A stretch of DNA of 39,621 nt from Methanobacteriota archaeon (lineage in GTDB: Archaea > Thermoplasmatota > Thermoplasmata > RBG-16-68-12), in assembly GCA_005878915.1 (NCBI GenBank), contig VBML01000030.1, positions 1 through 39,621 on the forward strand, given 5' to 3'. The translations under genes and the position numbers were made by a program. Below, piece after piece: positions 27,322-36,962 of this stretch. The notes below the pieces were generated by a model. The model saw only the letters and a program-made list of their open reading frames with translations, did no database searches and had not been told where the DNA came from. Positions within the stretch are counted from its first letter, which is position 1, and the number at the start of each line of letters is the position of its first letter.

Positions 27322-28461
27322 TTGCACGTCGAGATCATCACATCGAACGCCGACCCCGACCACGGCGGGTTCGGCACCCGCGTGCACGGGATCATCTCGA
27401 TGTTCTCCGAGTTCTCGGATGTGCGCGTCGTCCTGACGGACTGGTTCGGCGGCCCGAGAGTTCCACGCGTACGGTATGAGCTTGTTCCCCGTCGAAACAC
27501 ACTTCGCACGAGGCTCCAGCGACTCCAATCATACTACGGAGTCCGGTTCGAAGAACGCGACCGGAGAGACCCGCCGGATCTGGTCGTCGTGGAATCCCCC
27601 GATCTCCTCGGCCTACACCAATACGGCCCCCGGGTCCCTATGATCTTCGACGAACACAACATCTACTGGAACCTTCTCCAGTACGACCTCGTCAATTCGC
27701 CCTTCTTTCGAACCTGGCTCGGGCGCAGGAGGGCGATCCGACGCCGTCTGGTTCCCCGAGTCCTCGAGCGCGCGAAGCGATTCGAGATCGAGGCGATTCG
27801 GAAGTCCTCCCGGACCCTGGTCACCTCCGAGACGGACCGGGAGTCGATCCTCGCGGAGTGCCCGGACGCGGAGTGGAAGGTCAGGGTGTTGCCGAACTGC
27901 GTGGACGCGCAACGCATCCCCCCGCTTCCGGACCCGGCAGGATCGCGTCACGTACTTTTCGTCGGGGACTTCGGCTATGGGCCGAATCGGGAGGCCGCGG
28001 AGTTCGTCTCTCGGAATCTCGCTCCCAACCTCCCCGACGCCCGCTTCCTCCTCGTTGGTGCGAACCCCCCTGCCGGGGTTGATCGCGCAAACGTCGTGGT
28101 AACCGGGCGCGTGGAGGACCTCATGGGGATCCTGCGCGATTCCGCGGTCTGCATCGCCCCTCTCGCCCACGGAAGCGGGACGCGAATCAAGATCCTCACG
28201 TATTTCGCTGCGGCGAGGCCCGTGGTCGCGACGACGAAGGCGTGCGAAGGGCTCCCCGTCGTAGACGGGCGTCACCTCCTGATTCGAGACGAACCCGGCG
28301 AGTTCCGAGCCGCGGTGCAAGGGTTGCTCGAGAATTCCTCCGAGCGCCGTCGCCTCGGGATGGCGGGCCGAGAGCTCGTGGAATCCGAGTTCGACTGGCG
28401 GGTCCATGTGTCCAAGCTCCGGGACCTCGCGACCGAGGTCATCGCGGGCTCCCGTTCCTAA
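27322..28461 (+). CDS. Glycosyltransferase family 4
   Basis: Motifs FDEHN, LPNCVD, FVGDFGYGPNREA, PLAHGSGTRIKIL and FDW. TTG start after GGAGG. Confidence 0.88.
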   Translation: MHVEIITSNADPDHGGFGTRVHGIISMFSEFSDVRVVLTDWFGGPRVPRVRYELVPRRNTLRTRLQRLQSYYGVRFEERDRRDPPDLVVVESPDLLGLHQYGPRVPMIFDEHNIYWNLLQYDLVNSPFFRTWLGRRRAIRRRLVPRVLERAKRFEIEAIRKSSRTLVTSETDRESILAECPDAEWKVRVLPNCVDAQRIPPLPDPAGSRHVLFVGDFGYGPNREAAEFVSRNLAPNLPDARFLLVGANPPAGVDRANVVVTGRVEDLMGILRDSAVCIAPLAHGSGTRIKILTYFAAARPVVATTKACEGLPVVDGRHLLIRDEPGEFRAAVQGLLENSSERRRLGMAGRELVESEFDWRVHVSKLRDLATEVIAGSRS

Positions 28462-28488
28462 CGCGAGCGGCGCCCCGCGTCCCGTGCG

Positions 28489-29448
28489 TCACCGCCCTCG
28501 GAGGAGAAGCGGCCAACGATCGTCCACCGCCTCCCGCATCCGGCGAGCCATCTCGGAAGGATTGAACGCGGACCACTTGCCGTCCACAAGGGTCCGATCG
28601 CCCAGCGCGGAAAGAGTGTGGATGCCCGAGCCACTGGGACCGTGTCCGAAGGGACCGACCTTGGCGACGGCTTCCTCGCAAAAGTCCGTGGGGGTGAGTC
28701 GCACGACACGGTTGATCGTGACCCCCCCTCCGTATCCATTTGTGCAATCCTGTGAGGGCCGATACAGCTCCCCGCGGAAGCGGAACGGAGTGCCCGCGGG
28801 ACGGGCCGAGGCCGCGTCCGTCTTCACGGGGTTCAAAGGGTGCGCCGTCCACGGGCCGAAGAGGTCCGGGGCATACCAGACCCGGAGCTTCGAAATGGGG
28901 CCGTCGTTCTGATCCGTGCAGAAGAGCCAGAACCGGCCGTCGTGTTCGAAGACCGTGCTGTCGAGCCCCGCGACACCTGGAACGAGGACGGCCGCCTTCG
29001 TCCATCGAAGAGGGAACTCGTCCGCCCGGAAGATAGCGACCTCCTTGCCCTTCGCGGTCTCCGGAATGCAAAACAGGGAGTCGTCCCGCTCGATGAGGTA
29101 GGGGTATGCGGTGTGGAACGGGAATTCGATCGCGGGCCGGGGTTGGGAGAACCGCCCGTCCGCGTTCTCGTGGACGGACGAAATGACCCCCTTGTCCGAA
29201 CGAAAGTCGTACTCCTCGAAGAGAATTTCCGTCTCACCAGCCTTCGTGACCCCGAAGGGATCGGCATAGAACTTCCCAGGACCCGGAGGAGGCATCCAGT
29301 GGACCATCGGCGCGACCGTGGGGTCGAGGAACGCATGAATCGGAACGTCGGCGATCCCGATATTCCAGTGGTCGTGGCGGAACGCTAGGTCGTATTCGGT
29401 TTCGAGAAATCCTCGAACGCGTCGAATCGTGATTGGACCGCGGACCAT
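28489..29448 (-). CDS. GINT1_N-like five-bladed beta-propeller (putative glycoside hydrolase)
   Basis: Motifs WNIG, FYADPF, LFEEYD, HTAYPYL, IPET, DST, PWTAHPLNPV, RPAG and RPSQDC...YG. Start uncertain (ATG 29448). Confidence 0.75.
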   Translation of the reverse strand: MVRGPITIRRVRGFLETEYDLAFRHDHWNIGIADVPIHAFLDPTVAPMVHWMPPPGPGKFYADPFGVTKAGETEILFEEYDFRSDKGVISSVHENADGRFSQPRPAIEFPFHTAYPYLIERDDSLFCIPETAKGKEVAIFRADEFPLRWTKAAVLVPGVAGLDSTVFEHDGRFWLFCTDQNDGPISKLRVWYAPDLFGPWTAHPLNPVKTDAASARPAGTPFRFRGELYRPSQDCTNGYGGGVTINRVVRLTPTDFCEEAVAKVGPFGHGPSGSGIHTLSALGDRTLVDGKWSAFNPSEMARRMREAVDDRWPLLLRGR

Positions 29449-29587
29449 GCGCGCGATTGAGGAAGCGAGAGGAAGGATATCCTGCGTACGACGGCGAACG
29501 ACGGGGTCGAGGTCAACCTGAACACACCCGATGGCGGGTGTGTCGCACGCAACCTTGAGGGGCTCGTCCCATGAACGTCGGCCCCAC

Positions 29588-30682
29588 ATGGGAGGATTCA
29601 AGCCCGAGGAGACAGCGGACCCGATGGGCGACACCCGCATCGCTATCCTGACACAGCATGCACCTCCGGAGCAGGCCGGCGGAGTCGAGGTCTTCAACGA
29701 GTCGCTCCGTCGATCCTTTGGCCACGTCGAAATCTTTTCTGACGAGCACAGGGAGGCGGGCGATGGGGGGCTGCGGCGCGTCCTAGGGCTCGAGGGGCCG
29801 GCCGAGGCCGTCCGGGCCGCGCGCGCCCTCCTGCGGAGACACGAGGAGGACCCCTTCGACGTGATTCTGAGCAACGGGCTCTACGGCTGGCCGCTGACGC
29901 TGGCGCGGCCCGGTGTCCCGCTCGTCCAGGTGTATCACTGCACGATGGCGGGGTTCGCCCGCCACACGCTGACCCTCCGGAGCGAGCGACTCGCGCAGGG
30001 CCATGTGATGGCCCTCTTCGATCGCCTCGCGGGGATCGGGAAGCACGTCGTCGTCGTCAGCCAGCCCGTCCTCCGCGAAGTCGAGTCTTTCTATGGCCTG
30101 AAGGCCCGACTCATTCTCCACGCCGTGGACACGAACCTGTTCCGGCCGATGGACCAAGCCTCGGCTCGGGAGAAGCTAGGACTGCCGCAGGACACCCGCA
30201 TCGGCTTGTTCGTTGGGCGTCCAGACCACACGAAGGGATTCGACATCCTGCTTCGGGTCGCGCAGGGGATGCCTCGGGTCCTCTTTCTCACGGCGGGGGT
30301 TCGGCACCCGAGCCTGCTTGAGAACCTGCTGTCCCTCGGCCAGATTCCGCATGACGAGCTCCCGATGTGGTACGCCGCCGCGGACTTCTTCTTCCTCCCT
30401 TCGCGGTACGAGGGGTTTGGTCTTTCTACGCTCGAAGCCCTCTCGTTCGACCTCCCAATCGTCGTGAGCGACGCCGCGTGGCCGTTCCCAGAGGATCCGT
30501 CGCGCTGCGGGGTCGTTGTCCAGGGCACCCGAGAGCACGACTATGCAAAAGCGATCCAACGCGTCGTCGGGTCGAGGTCGCGGTTCACGCCCCGGAGCTT
30601 CGTGCTCCCACGCTTCGACTTTGCCATGTTCCGCGAGACGTGGCGGGGGTACATCGCATCGATCCTCGACACAGGGGGCTGA
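29588..30682 (+). CDS. Glycosyltransferase family 4, tandem paralog A
   Basis: Motifs GGVEVFN, FVGRPDHTKG and PSRYEGFGLSTLEAL. Start is 29588 or 29624. Confidence 0.9.
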   Translation: MGGFKPEETADPMGDTRIAILTQHAPPEQAGGVEVFNESLRRSFGHVEIFSDEHREAGDGGLRRVLGLEGPAEAVRAARALLRRHEEDPFDVILSNGLYGWPLTLARPGVPLVQVYHCTMAGFARHTLTLRSERLAQGHVMALFDRLAGIGKHVVVVSQPVLREVESFYGLKARLILHAVDTNLFRPMDQASAREKLGLPQDTRIGLFVGRPDHTKGFDILLRVAQGMPRVLFLTAGVRHPSLLENLLSLGQIPHDELPMWYAAADFFFLPSRYEGFGLSTLEALSFDLPIVVSDAAWPFPEDPSRCGVVVQGTREHDYAKAIQRVVGSRSRFTPRSFVLPRFDFAMFRETWRGYIASILDTGG

Positions 30683-30780
30683 GAGACTCGACGCCGCAGA
30701 GAGTAGCGGAGGCGACGGTTGCGTCGAAACCAACTGCGAGGCCCCCTGGACGGCGTGAATCCAACTCCGGAGGCAGCTCC

Positions 30781-31839
30781 ATGAACGCGGACGTTCGCGT
30801 TGGGGTCTTGACCCCCTACGGGCCCCAGGTCGTCGGGGGCGTGGAGGTCTTCAACGAGGGCCTTCGTCGCGCGTTCGGCGACGTAGAGATCTTTGCAAAC
30901 ACTGGCAATCACGGCCCGCAGTCCCGGGCGGATCTACGTCGCGTCGGGCTCGACCAACCAGTCGGCGCCGTTCACGCGGCACGTGCCCTCCTCCGGAGAC
31001 ATCGGGAAGAACCCTTCAACGTGATCCTGAGCAACGGGGTCTCCGGCTGGCCGTTGACCATCGCGAGACCCGGTGTCCCCCTTGTCCAGGTGTACCACAA
31101 CACGATGGCGGGGTTTGCCCGCCGCGCCCTCTCTCTTCGCGGGGATCGGTTTACGACGGGGCGTGTAATGGGATTGTTCGACCGCCTCGCGGGGATTGGC
31201 AAGCACGTCGTCGGCGTGAGCCAGCCCGTCCTACGTGAGGTCGAGTCTCTTTACGGGTTCAGGGGGCGGCTCATTCCAAACGCCGTGGACACCGAAGCAT
31301 TCAAACCCGCAAACCCAGGGCCCGAGCGCGCTCACCTTGGAATCCCCCGGGAGGCGAAGGTGGGCCTCTTCGTGGGCCGGCCGAACCGCACCAAGGGTTA
31401 CGATATCCTCCTGCGCGTCGCAGAGGCGCTGCCAGATGTCGAGTTCCTAGTGGTCGGTGGGCGCCAAGGGACGACGGGCAATGTTCAGTCCCTCGGCCCG
31501 ATTGCCCACGGTGACATGCCTCGAGTGTACGCGGCGTCGGACTTCTTCTTCCTCCCCTCGAGGTACGAAGGCCTCAGCCTCTCCCTCCTCGAGGCGCTCT
31601 CGTGTGACCTCCCCGTGGTCGTGAGCGAAGCCGCATGGCCGTTCGACGAGGAGCCCCTGACGTGCGGGGCCGTCGTCCCCGGAGATGGGGAGCGGGGGTT
31701 CGTCGATGCGATACGATACGTCTTGGGCGACCCCCAGAAGTTCTCACCCCGGGCGTTCGTCGTCCGTCGATACAACCTTGACGTGTTTCAGGAGACGTGG
31801 CGCAACTTCGTCGAGGCTCTCCTAGGCATGGGGAGCTGA
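30781..31839 (+). CDS. Glycosyltransferase family 4, tandem paralog B
   Basis: Motifs GGVEVFN, IPNAVD, FVGRPNRTKG and PSRYEGLSLSLLEAL. ATG 30781 follows GGAGG and aligns with paralog A. Confidence 0.9.
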   Translation: MNADVRVGVLTPYGPQVVGGVEVFNEGLRRAFGDVEIFANTGNHGPQSRADLRRVGLDQPVGAVHAARALLRRHREEPFNVILSNGVSGWPLTIARPGVPLVQVYHNTMAGFARRALSLRGDRFTTGRVMGLFDRLAGIGKHVVGVSQPVLREVESLYGFRGRLIPNAVDTEAFKPANPGPERAHLGIPREAKVGLFVGRPNRTKGYDILLRVAEALPDVEFLVVGGRQGTTGNVQSLGPIAHGDMPRVYAASDFFFLPSRYEGLSLSLLEALSCDLPVVVSEAAWPFDEEPLTCGAVVPGDGERGFVDAIRYVLGDPQKFSPRAFVVRRYNLDVFQETWRNFVEALLGMGS

Positions 31840-31841
31840 TC

Positions 31842-32717
31842 ATGTCCGGAGGAATTCGGTTGGCTCTGCCGTACGCCACTCCCCCGCCAATCCCAAATCA
31901 ACGAGAGGACGGCATGGGACCGCCAACGACGATTCCGGTCGACGATCCCCTTCGCGACCCCCTCGAAACTCCCGTGCGCCCAAGAGGGTCGAGCGACATC
32001 GCGACCCGGGAGAGGCATCTGGGACTCTGCCGGGACTTCGTGACCCGGCACCTCACGCACGACTCGATTCTCGTCGAAGTTGGAAGCGCGGACGCGCCGT
32101 TCGATCATCTGCCCAACCTCGGCCTCCGAAGACGGGTCTCGATGGATGTCGACATCCCTGCGTTGGGCAGGGCCGAGCGGGAGCGGAAGATGGAAGGGGG
32201 CTCGTTGATCGCCGCGGACGGCCACCACATGCCGATACGGGAGGAGTCCATTGACGGCATCGTCGCGGTGTTCGTCCTCGAACACCTTCGCTATCCTCGA
32301 CGGTTTCTCCGGGAGGCGTGGCGGGTGCTCCGGCCGGGAGGGTTCCTCTTCGCCGTGACCCCGAACGTCGCGAATCCGATGTTCCTGCCCGTCCTCCTGA
32401 TTCCGGTTCGCCTTCGGGAAAGGCTCCTTCGGATGGTCGGTGGCCATCCTGAGCATCGGTATCTCACATACCTTCGGGCCAACACGGCCCGGCGCCTGGA
32501 CGCGCTCGCGTCCCAAACCGGGTTCGAGGTCGCACGAGTCGCGTTCCTTTGGGAAGACCACTACATTCTCAAGCTCCCCGCGGGAGAAATGATTCTCGGG
32601 GCCCTCGACCGGTGGGGCTCGGGGACGGACTTACAAGGGTTCGCGGGTCGCTTGTATGTTCTGCTGAAGAAAGGGGACAAGGCGGCACCGGACCCCAAGG
32701 GGGGCGGGCCTAGTTAG
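31842..32717 (+). CDS. Class I SAM-dependent methyltransferase
   Basis: Motifs LVEVGS, MDVD, ADGHHMP, VLEHL, RVLRPGG and TPN. Start is 31842 or 31913. Confidence 0.82.
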   Translation: MSGGIRLALPYATPPPIPNQREDGMGPPTTIPVDDPLRDPLETPVRPRGSSDIATRERHLGLCRDFVTRHLTHDSILVEVGSADAPFDHLPNLGLRRRVSMDVDIPALGRAERERKMEGGSLIAADGHHMPIREESIDGIVAVFVLEHLRYPRRFLREAWRVLRPGGFLFAVTPNVANPMFLPVLLIPVRLRERLLRMVGGHPEHRYLTYLRANTARRLDALASQTGFEVARVAFLWEDHYILKLPAGEMILGALDRWGSGTDLQGFAGRLYVLLKKGDKAAPDPKGGGPS

Positions 32718-33600
32718 TCCCCAATGAAAGCGGTTTCTGAAGAACATAGAAAATGTTCATCACCATCAGTTTCTCTATGACGCTCGTCGGATGATACTTG
32801 GTCTTCCGAGGGAGCAGCGAACAAAGAATCTCGTCCAGGAAGACGACCGGCATCGAGGAATAGACGGGGCGATTGATGAGGGTCGATACCTTGGCCACGA
32901 TCGAAGAGCAACACCTCTGCTCGTGCACGATCGCAAAGCCGGCGTCGGTGATGATCCGCCGAAAGATCCCCAGGGGGATTCCTCGCTCTCGCTTCGTGGT
33001 CCCCGGTCGGGGCCTCCTCCAATCGCCCATCGAGATGATGGGTTCGCGAGTCAGAAGATACGCGCCCGGCTTCAGGCATCGGAAGAGCTCGCGCACGACC
33101 CGGGTGACCCTCGGGAGATGATGAAGGACGCCGAGGCAGGTCGCCAGGTCAAAATGGTCGTCTGGGAACGGGAGGGAACCGTCGATTCCGGGCGCGACAT
33201 AGCGCATCGGAACGCCGTTCAGATCCGGATGGGCGTAGTAGTCTGAGGGTTCCACAACGGTAATCGAGTCGATTCTAGCGAGGATCGGTTCAAACTCGTC
33301 TCCGTACGCACTCCCGAAGCCGAGGACCCTCGAAAACCGCCGGTTAGGGAGGAACCGAAACCCATACCGCACGTTGAGTGCGCGATCCGGGTAGGTGTAG
33401 CGCTCCCCTCGCTTCAGCTCGACGAAAGCTCCCTTCTCGTCCTCGAACCAGCGGGCGATTTCGTTGCGGTCGAAGTCGTCGCCATACAACTCGGTGCCAT
33501 CGAAGTATCGCTGGAAGTCCCCGGACACCGCCAGGGAATCAGCGGGAACGACCTCATCCCCGCTTTCGGATCTTGCGGCAATCGGCCCCGGTCGAGCCAT
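32710..33600 (-). CDS. Class I SAM-dependent methyltransferase
   Basis: LYGDD, degenerate motif I VLGFGSAYG, LPFPDDHFD, GVLHH, LKPG and REP. Confidence 0.85.
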   Translation of the reverse strand: MARPGPIAARSESGDEVVPADSLAVSGDFQRYFDGTELYGDDFDRNEIARWFEDEKGAFVELKRGERYTYPDRALNVRYGFRFLPNRRFSRVLGFGSAYGDEFEPILARIDSITVVEPSDYYAHPDLNGVPMRYVAPGIDGSLPFPDDHFDLATCLGVLHHLPRVTRVVRELFRCLKPGAYLLTREPIISMGDWRRPRPGTTKRERGIPLGIFRRIITDAGFAIVHEQRCCSSIVAKVSTLINRPVYSSMPVVFLDEILCSLLPRKTKYHPTSVIEKLMVMNIFYVLQKPLSLGTN

Positions 33601-33603
33601 CAC

Positions 33604-35043
33604 TCACCCTTCGCGGCCTAGGGCACCAATGAATGCGTCGCGGAGCATGCTCCAATCCGCCTTCACGATCCCGCCGATTCCGTAGAGGCAGGCGAAGTAA
33701 ACCAGGGCCCCGGCCGGCACCCCAACGGAAAGAGGCAAGCTCAGCGCGAATAACGCGAAGACCATCAGGCCGCCCGCGAGGGAGGGGCGCACGAGGATGT
33801 TCCGGAGGTCGACGCGGACCGCGAATCGACGTGTGATAATCGTCCCGAGAATTCCGGTTACAGCCGAGCCTGTGACGAATCCGGCAGCCGCTCCGAGGGG
33901 GCCGAATCCGGTAATCAGAACGACAGAGAGCCCCACCAACGTGAGCGCCCCTGCGCACCCCACGTAGAGGTTCTCCGTCTGCCGTCCCACCACAGCCAGC
34001 ACCGCCCCGTTCCCGATGCACGCGCTGGAAACGATGACGGCCCCCATGAGGACCCTGAACGCCTCCGCGGAACCCGCGAAGGCGGGACCGAACGAGATGG
34101 TCATGATGTCTCTGGCGTAGAGCGCGGCCCCGAGGGCCACCGGCAGGCCGAGGGCAAAGAAGAACCGTTGAGTGTGCTCGAGGATCGACGCAAGGCGCTC
34201 GGGGTTCGTCGCCCGGATTCGAGCCATCGTGGGAAGGAGGACGACATGGGCGAGCGTGAGGATGGACAGAACGATCAGGAGGAGGGAGAGGCCCGCGTTG
34301 AACAACCCGGCGTCGCCCGCGCTGCGAAGGATCGTCAGGAGCACGGGCCCGGTGCTCAGGATGATTGTCGAGATCACCGCACCGAGCGCAAAGGGAACCG
34401 CTCTCCGGAGAACGCTGGACGCTGTCCTTCGGTCGAACGTGTGGGAAAACCACGTGAACTTCCGCCGGACAAGTGCGATGGACAGGGCGAGCGATAGCCC
34501 GCCACCCGCCAGGAACGTGGCAGCAATCTCAAGCAAGCCGTAGCCGAGGGCGAGAAGCGCAAATGTGACCCCGATCGTGATCCCGCGTTCGGCAAGGACC
34601 ACGAGGGCCGTATATTCCAGCCGTTCGTAGGCTCGGAAGAACGATTGAAACGTGCCCGCAAACGCCTGGAGCATCGTGGACCCCCCCAGGAGGAGGGTGA
34701 CGGCCCGCGCGAAGGGATCGCTGAGAAGAACCTGGAGGCTCACCCACAGGGCGAGGAGAGAGACCGCGACGAAGGGCAAGCGGAGGACCGCCACGACGGT
34801 CAAGTACGCTCGCGCCCGCGAGGGGTCCGCGGCGACATCTCTCGCGATCACTTCGTCGAGGCCCGCAGACACGAACAGGAGGAAGAGCGAAGGGAACGCG
34901 AACCCGAAGACAAAGATGCCGTACGAGGTTGTGCCCAGTCTCCGGGCGAGGGTGACGGAGAGAAGGAAGGTCAACACCTGCACGATGAACTGAGCACCGG
35001 TCACCGCGGCAAAGTTGCGGCCTAGGCGGACAGCTTCGCGCAT
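33604..35043 (-). CDS. Oligosaccharide flippase (Wzx/MOP family, AglR-like)
   Basis: About 14 TM segments; LARRLG...YG, GL....ARDVA, FFRAYERL, AGLFNA and LLP motifs. Confidence 0.9.
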   Translation of the reverse strand: MREAVRLGRNFAAVTGAQFIVQVLTFLLSVTLARRLGTTSYGIFVFGFAFPSLFLLFVSAGLDEVIARDVAADPSRARAYLTVVAVLRLPFVAVSLLALWVSLQVLLSDPFARAVTLLLGGSTMLQAFAGTFQSFFRAYERLEYTALVVLAERGITIGVTFALLALGYGLLEIAATFLAGGGLSLALSIALVRRKFTWFSHTFDRRTASSVLRRAVPFALGAVISTIILSTGPVLLTILRSAGDAGLFNAGLSLLLIVLSILTLAHVVLLPTMARIRATNPERLASILEHTQRFFFALGLPVALGAALYARDIMTISFGPAFAGSAEAFRVLMGAVIVSSACIGNGAVLAVVGRQTENLYVGCAGALTLVGLSVVLITGFGPLGAAAGFVTGSAVTGILGTIITRRFAVRVDLRNILVRPSLAGGLMVFALFALSLPLSVGVPAGALVYFACLYGIGGIVKADWSMLRDAFIGALGREG

Positions 35044-35105
35044 CTCAGGCCGTCACTCCGGACCCACCCCCGCGCCTTGAAGCGACACCAGGATGCGCAT
35101 CCCCC

Positions 35106-36668
35106 CTAGGCGGTCCGGACGTAGTTTCTCTGGAAGCAGTTCTCCCAGAACACCTTCTGGTTCGCGTAGGCGTCGATCCCCGTCAGCGCCCGGAACCGCT
35201 CATTGTATGCCATGAACAGGTCCCGCTTGATCGTGTAGCCGGTGGAATTGAGGTTCGCGGGGTACCGAGAATCCGCCCAGCCGATCGGATAATCGATGAA
35301 CCACTGGCGGGCCCAGGGAGCGCCCCGCTCGATCGAGATCGTGCGGATTAGGTCCGCAACCGCCAGGTGGTCCGAATGATCGGAACAGGTCCTGCAGTTC
35401 TGGCCCTCAAAACTCTGGCGGGTCCTATCGAAATCGGGGGCGTTGATCGTCGTCGTGGAATCGTACGGGGCGTACGTAGACACGATCGCGCTCACCGTAA
35501 GGTACAAATCCTGCCAGCTTCCGTATGTCGTCGACCCATCGACCGCCGTGAGGCTCAGGATGAGTCCGTCGCGAAGCTTCGCGAGGCTGACGAACCCAGT
35601 GGACAGCCATCCGAATCCGTCCTCATTGCCATCGGGCAGCCGCATGAAGATTGAGATGGTTTGTCCGTACGACCGTTGCCACACATTGTGGCAGACGGCG
35701 GGAGTGCTGTGGCAGAACGGCACGCTCTTTGCGATCTCCGTCTGAGGCCCGGTGACGTACTGCACGCTCGCCATCGTAGCCTCCTCCCGGGCCTGCCAAT
35801 AGCTTGGCGACATACCGGCGTCTCCCGCCGTGACGATGATGAAGAGCAGGTTGTTCCCAGCCTGGTAGTCGGACACAGAACTCGGCGACTCGAACAGCTG
35901 CCAATCGTCCTCGTGTGCGTGAACGTAGACGGACCATGCGGGGCCGCTGGGGGGAGGGGAAGGAGGGGGAGGTGGTGGGGTCTGGCCTGGGATCGCAATC
36001 GCCGTCGCCTTGCACTGACAGAGGTTGGGATAGACGTGGAGCTGTGCGTAAACGGTCTGCCCGACGAGTTCCAGCGGGAGCTGGAAGGATGCGTGGACGC
36101 TCGTGACAACGACGGGAAGGGGCGTGTTCACGCCGATGAAATATTCGTCCGCGCCTCTCGTGTTCACGTCAAAGTGGACGTGGGCATAGTACAGCTGGAA
36201 ATATCCGTCAGGGTTCACCGAGACGGCGTCGCCGTAGGCGTCGGGGTTCAGGTCGTGATCCGGGTGGGTGTCGTAGGGTTGAGGATACTGCACGGAATAG
36301 TAGACCCCGATTGTGCTGCCAGAGAGACGGAGAGTTCCGCCGGACGATGGGCCGTTGAAATCGACAAGAACGCTTACGACGAAGCACCCGCTGTCCAAGT
36401 CCTCGTAGAGTCGCACAGACCCATCCCACTGCGCATACGTGAAAACGTCACCGTCCCATCGGAACGAATTGTCGTAGCTCGCGATGAGGACCCGACCCGG
36501 TTGACATGAAATCGCCGAGGCTCGGACGGTGGTCAGGCCGGTGGAAATTGTCGCGATGGCGAGGCACATGAGAACGACCACCGCCAGCCGATGTCGTCCC
36601 CGCCCGAACGCGCGTGTGGGGGGTATCTTCGCACGGATTCCCAGTCGTCCCGACTCTTTGCCAAGCAT
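35106..36668 (-). CDS. Secreted PIG-L/LmbE-family deacetylase with N-terminal unknown domain, paralog 2
   Basis: Signal peptide ending VRASA, poly-Pro linker, then HAHEDD, TAGDAG, AREEA, RLPDG and DHSDH. Start is 36668, 36680, 36704 or 36710; TTAA at 36694-36697 favours 36668. Confidence 0.82.
   Translation of the reverse strand: MLGKESGRLGIRAKIPPTRAFGRGRHRLAVVVLMCLAIATISTGLTTVRASAISCQPGRVLIASYDNSFRWDGDVFTYAQWDGSVRLYEDLDSGCFVVSVLVDFNGPSSGGTLRLSGSTIGVYYSVQYPQPYDTHPDHDLNPDAYGDAVSVNPDGYFQLYYAHVHFDVNTRGADEYFIGVNTPLPVVVTSVHASFQLPLELVGQTVYAQLHVYPNLCQCKATAIAIPGQTPPPPPPSPPPSGPAWSVYVHAHEDDWQLFESPSSVSDYQAGNNLLFIIVTAGDAGMSPSYWQAREEATMASVQYVTGPQTEIAKSVPFCHSTPAVCHNVWQRSYGQTISIFMRLPDGNEDGFGWLSTGFVSLAKLRDGLILSLTAVDGSTTYGSWQDLYLTVSAIVSTYAPYDSTTTINAPDFDRTRQSFEGQNCRTCSDHSDHLAVADLIRTISIERGAPWARQWFIDYPIGWADSRYPANLNSTGYTIKRDLFMAYNERFRALTGIDAYANQKVFWENCFQRNYVRTA
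35949..35978 (-). repeat. Proline-rich linker PPPPPPSPPP (coding low-complexity)
   Basis: CCN codon run between the two domains. Confidence 0.9.
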
Positions 36669-36772
36669 GACCGAATTCATTGCCGGGAGGCCCTTAACCC
36701 CCATGTACACAGGTGACGAGCAAAAGAGCCCCGTACTGGTTTGTAGGACCCGCGGGCCAGCCCATGGGTTGG

Positions 36773-36800
36773 TGGGAGGTCGTTAGATTCGAACCTCCCA
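36773..36800. other. Intergenic inverted repeat (hairpin)
   Basis: TGGGAGGT (36773-36780) pairs with ACCTCCCA (36793-36800). Confidence 0.55.
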
Positions 36801-36862
36801 TTGGGCCATTGGAGGCGTCAACCCGGTCGAAGCGACGGCTGGGCTCGCGGCGGTCATCGGTC

Positions 36863-36886
36863 AGTCACTTTTTTGTGACTCAGTCA
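36863..36886. promoter_or_regulatory. Overlapping palindromes, candidate operator
   Basis: AGTCAC-T6-GTGACT (36863-36880) overlaps TGACT-C-AGTCA (36876-36886) in an AT-rich patch between the deacetylase paralogs. Confidence 0.45.
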
Positions 36887-36962
36887 TCAAAAGATTACTA
36901 TCTGCTTTAAGAGGGGTCCCTCCCCGAATCAGGAGACCCACCCCGCGACACTCACGATCGGC

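Noticed and set aside
36765-36810. tRNA-like 3' half on the minus strand (GGGAGGTTCGAATC...CCCACCA)
   Set aside because: The T-stem does not pair (GGAGG vs CTAAC) and no D or anticodon arms can be built. Kept only as a hairpin.
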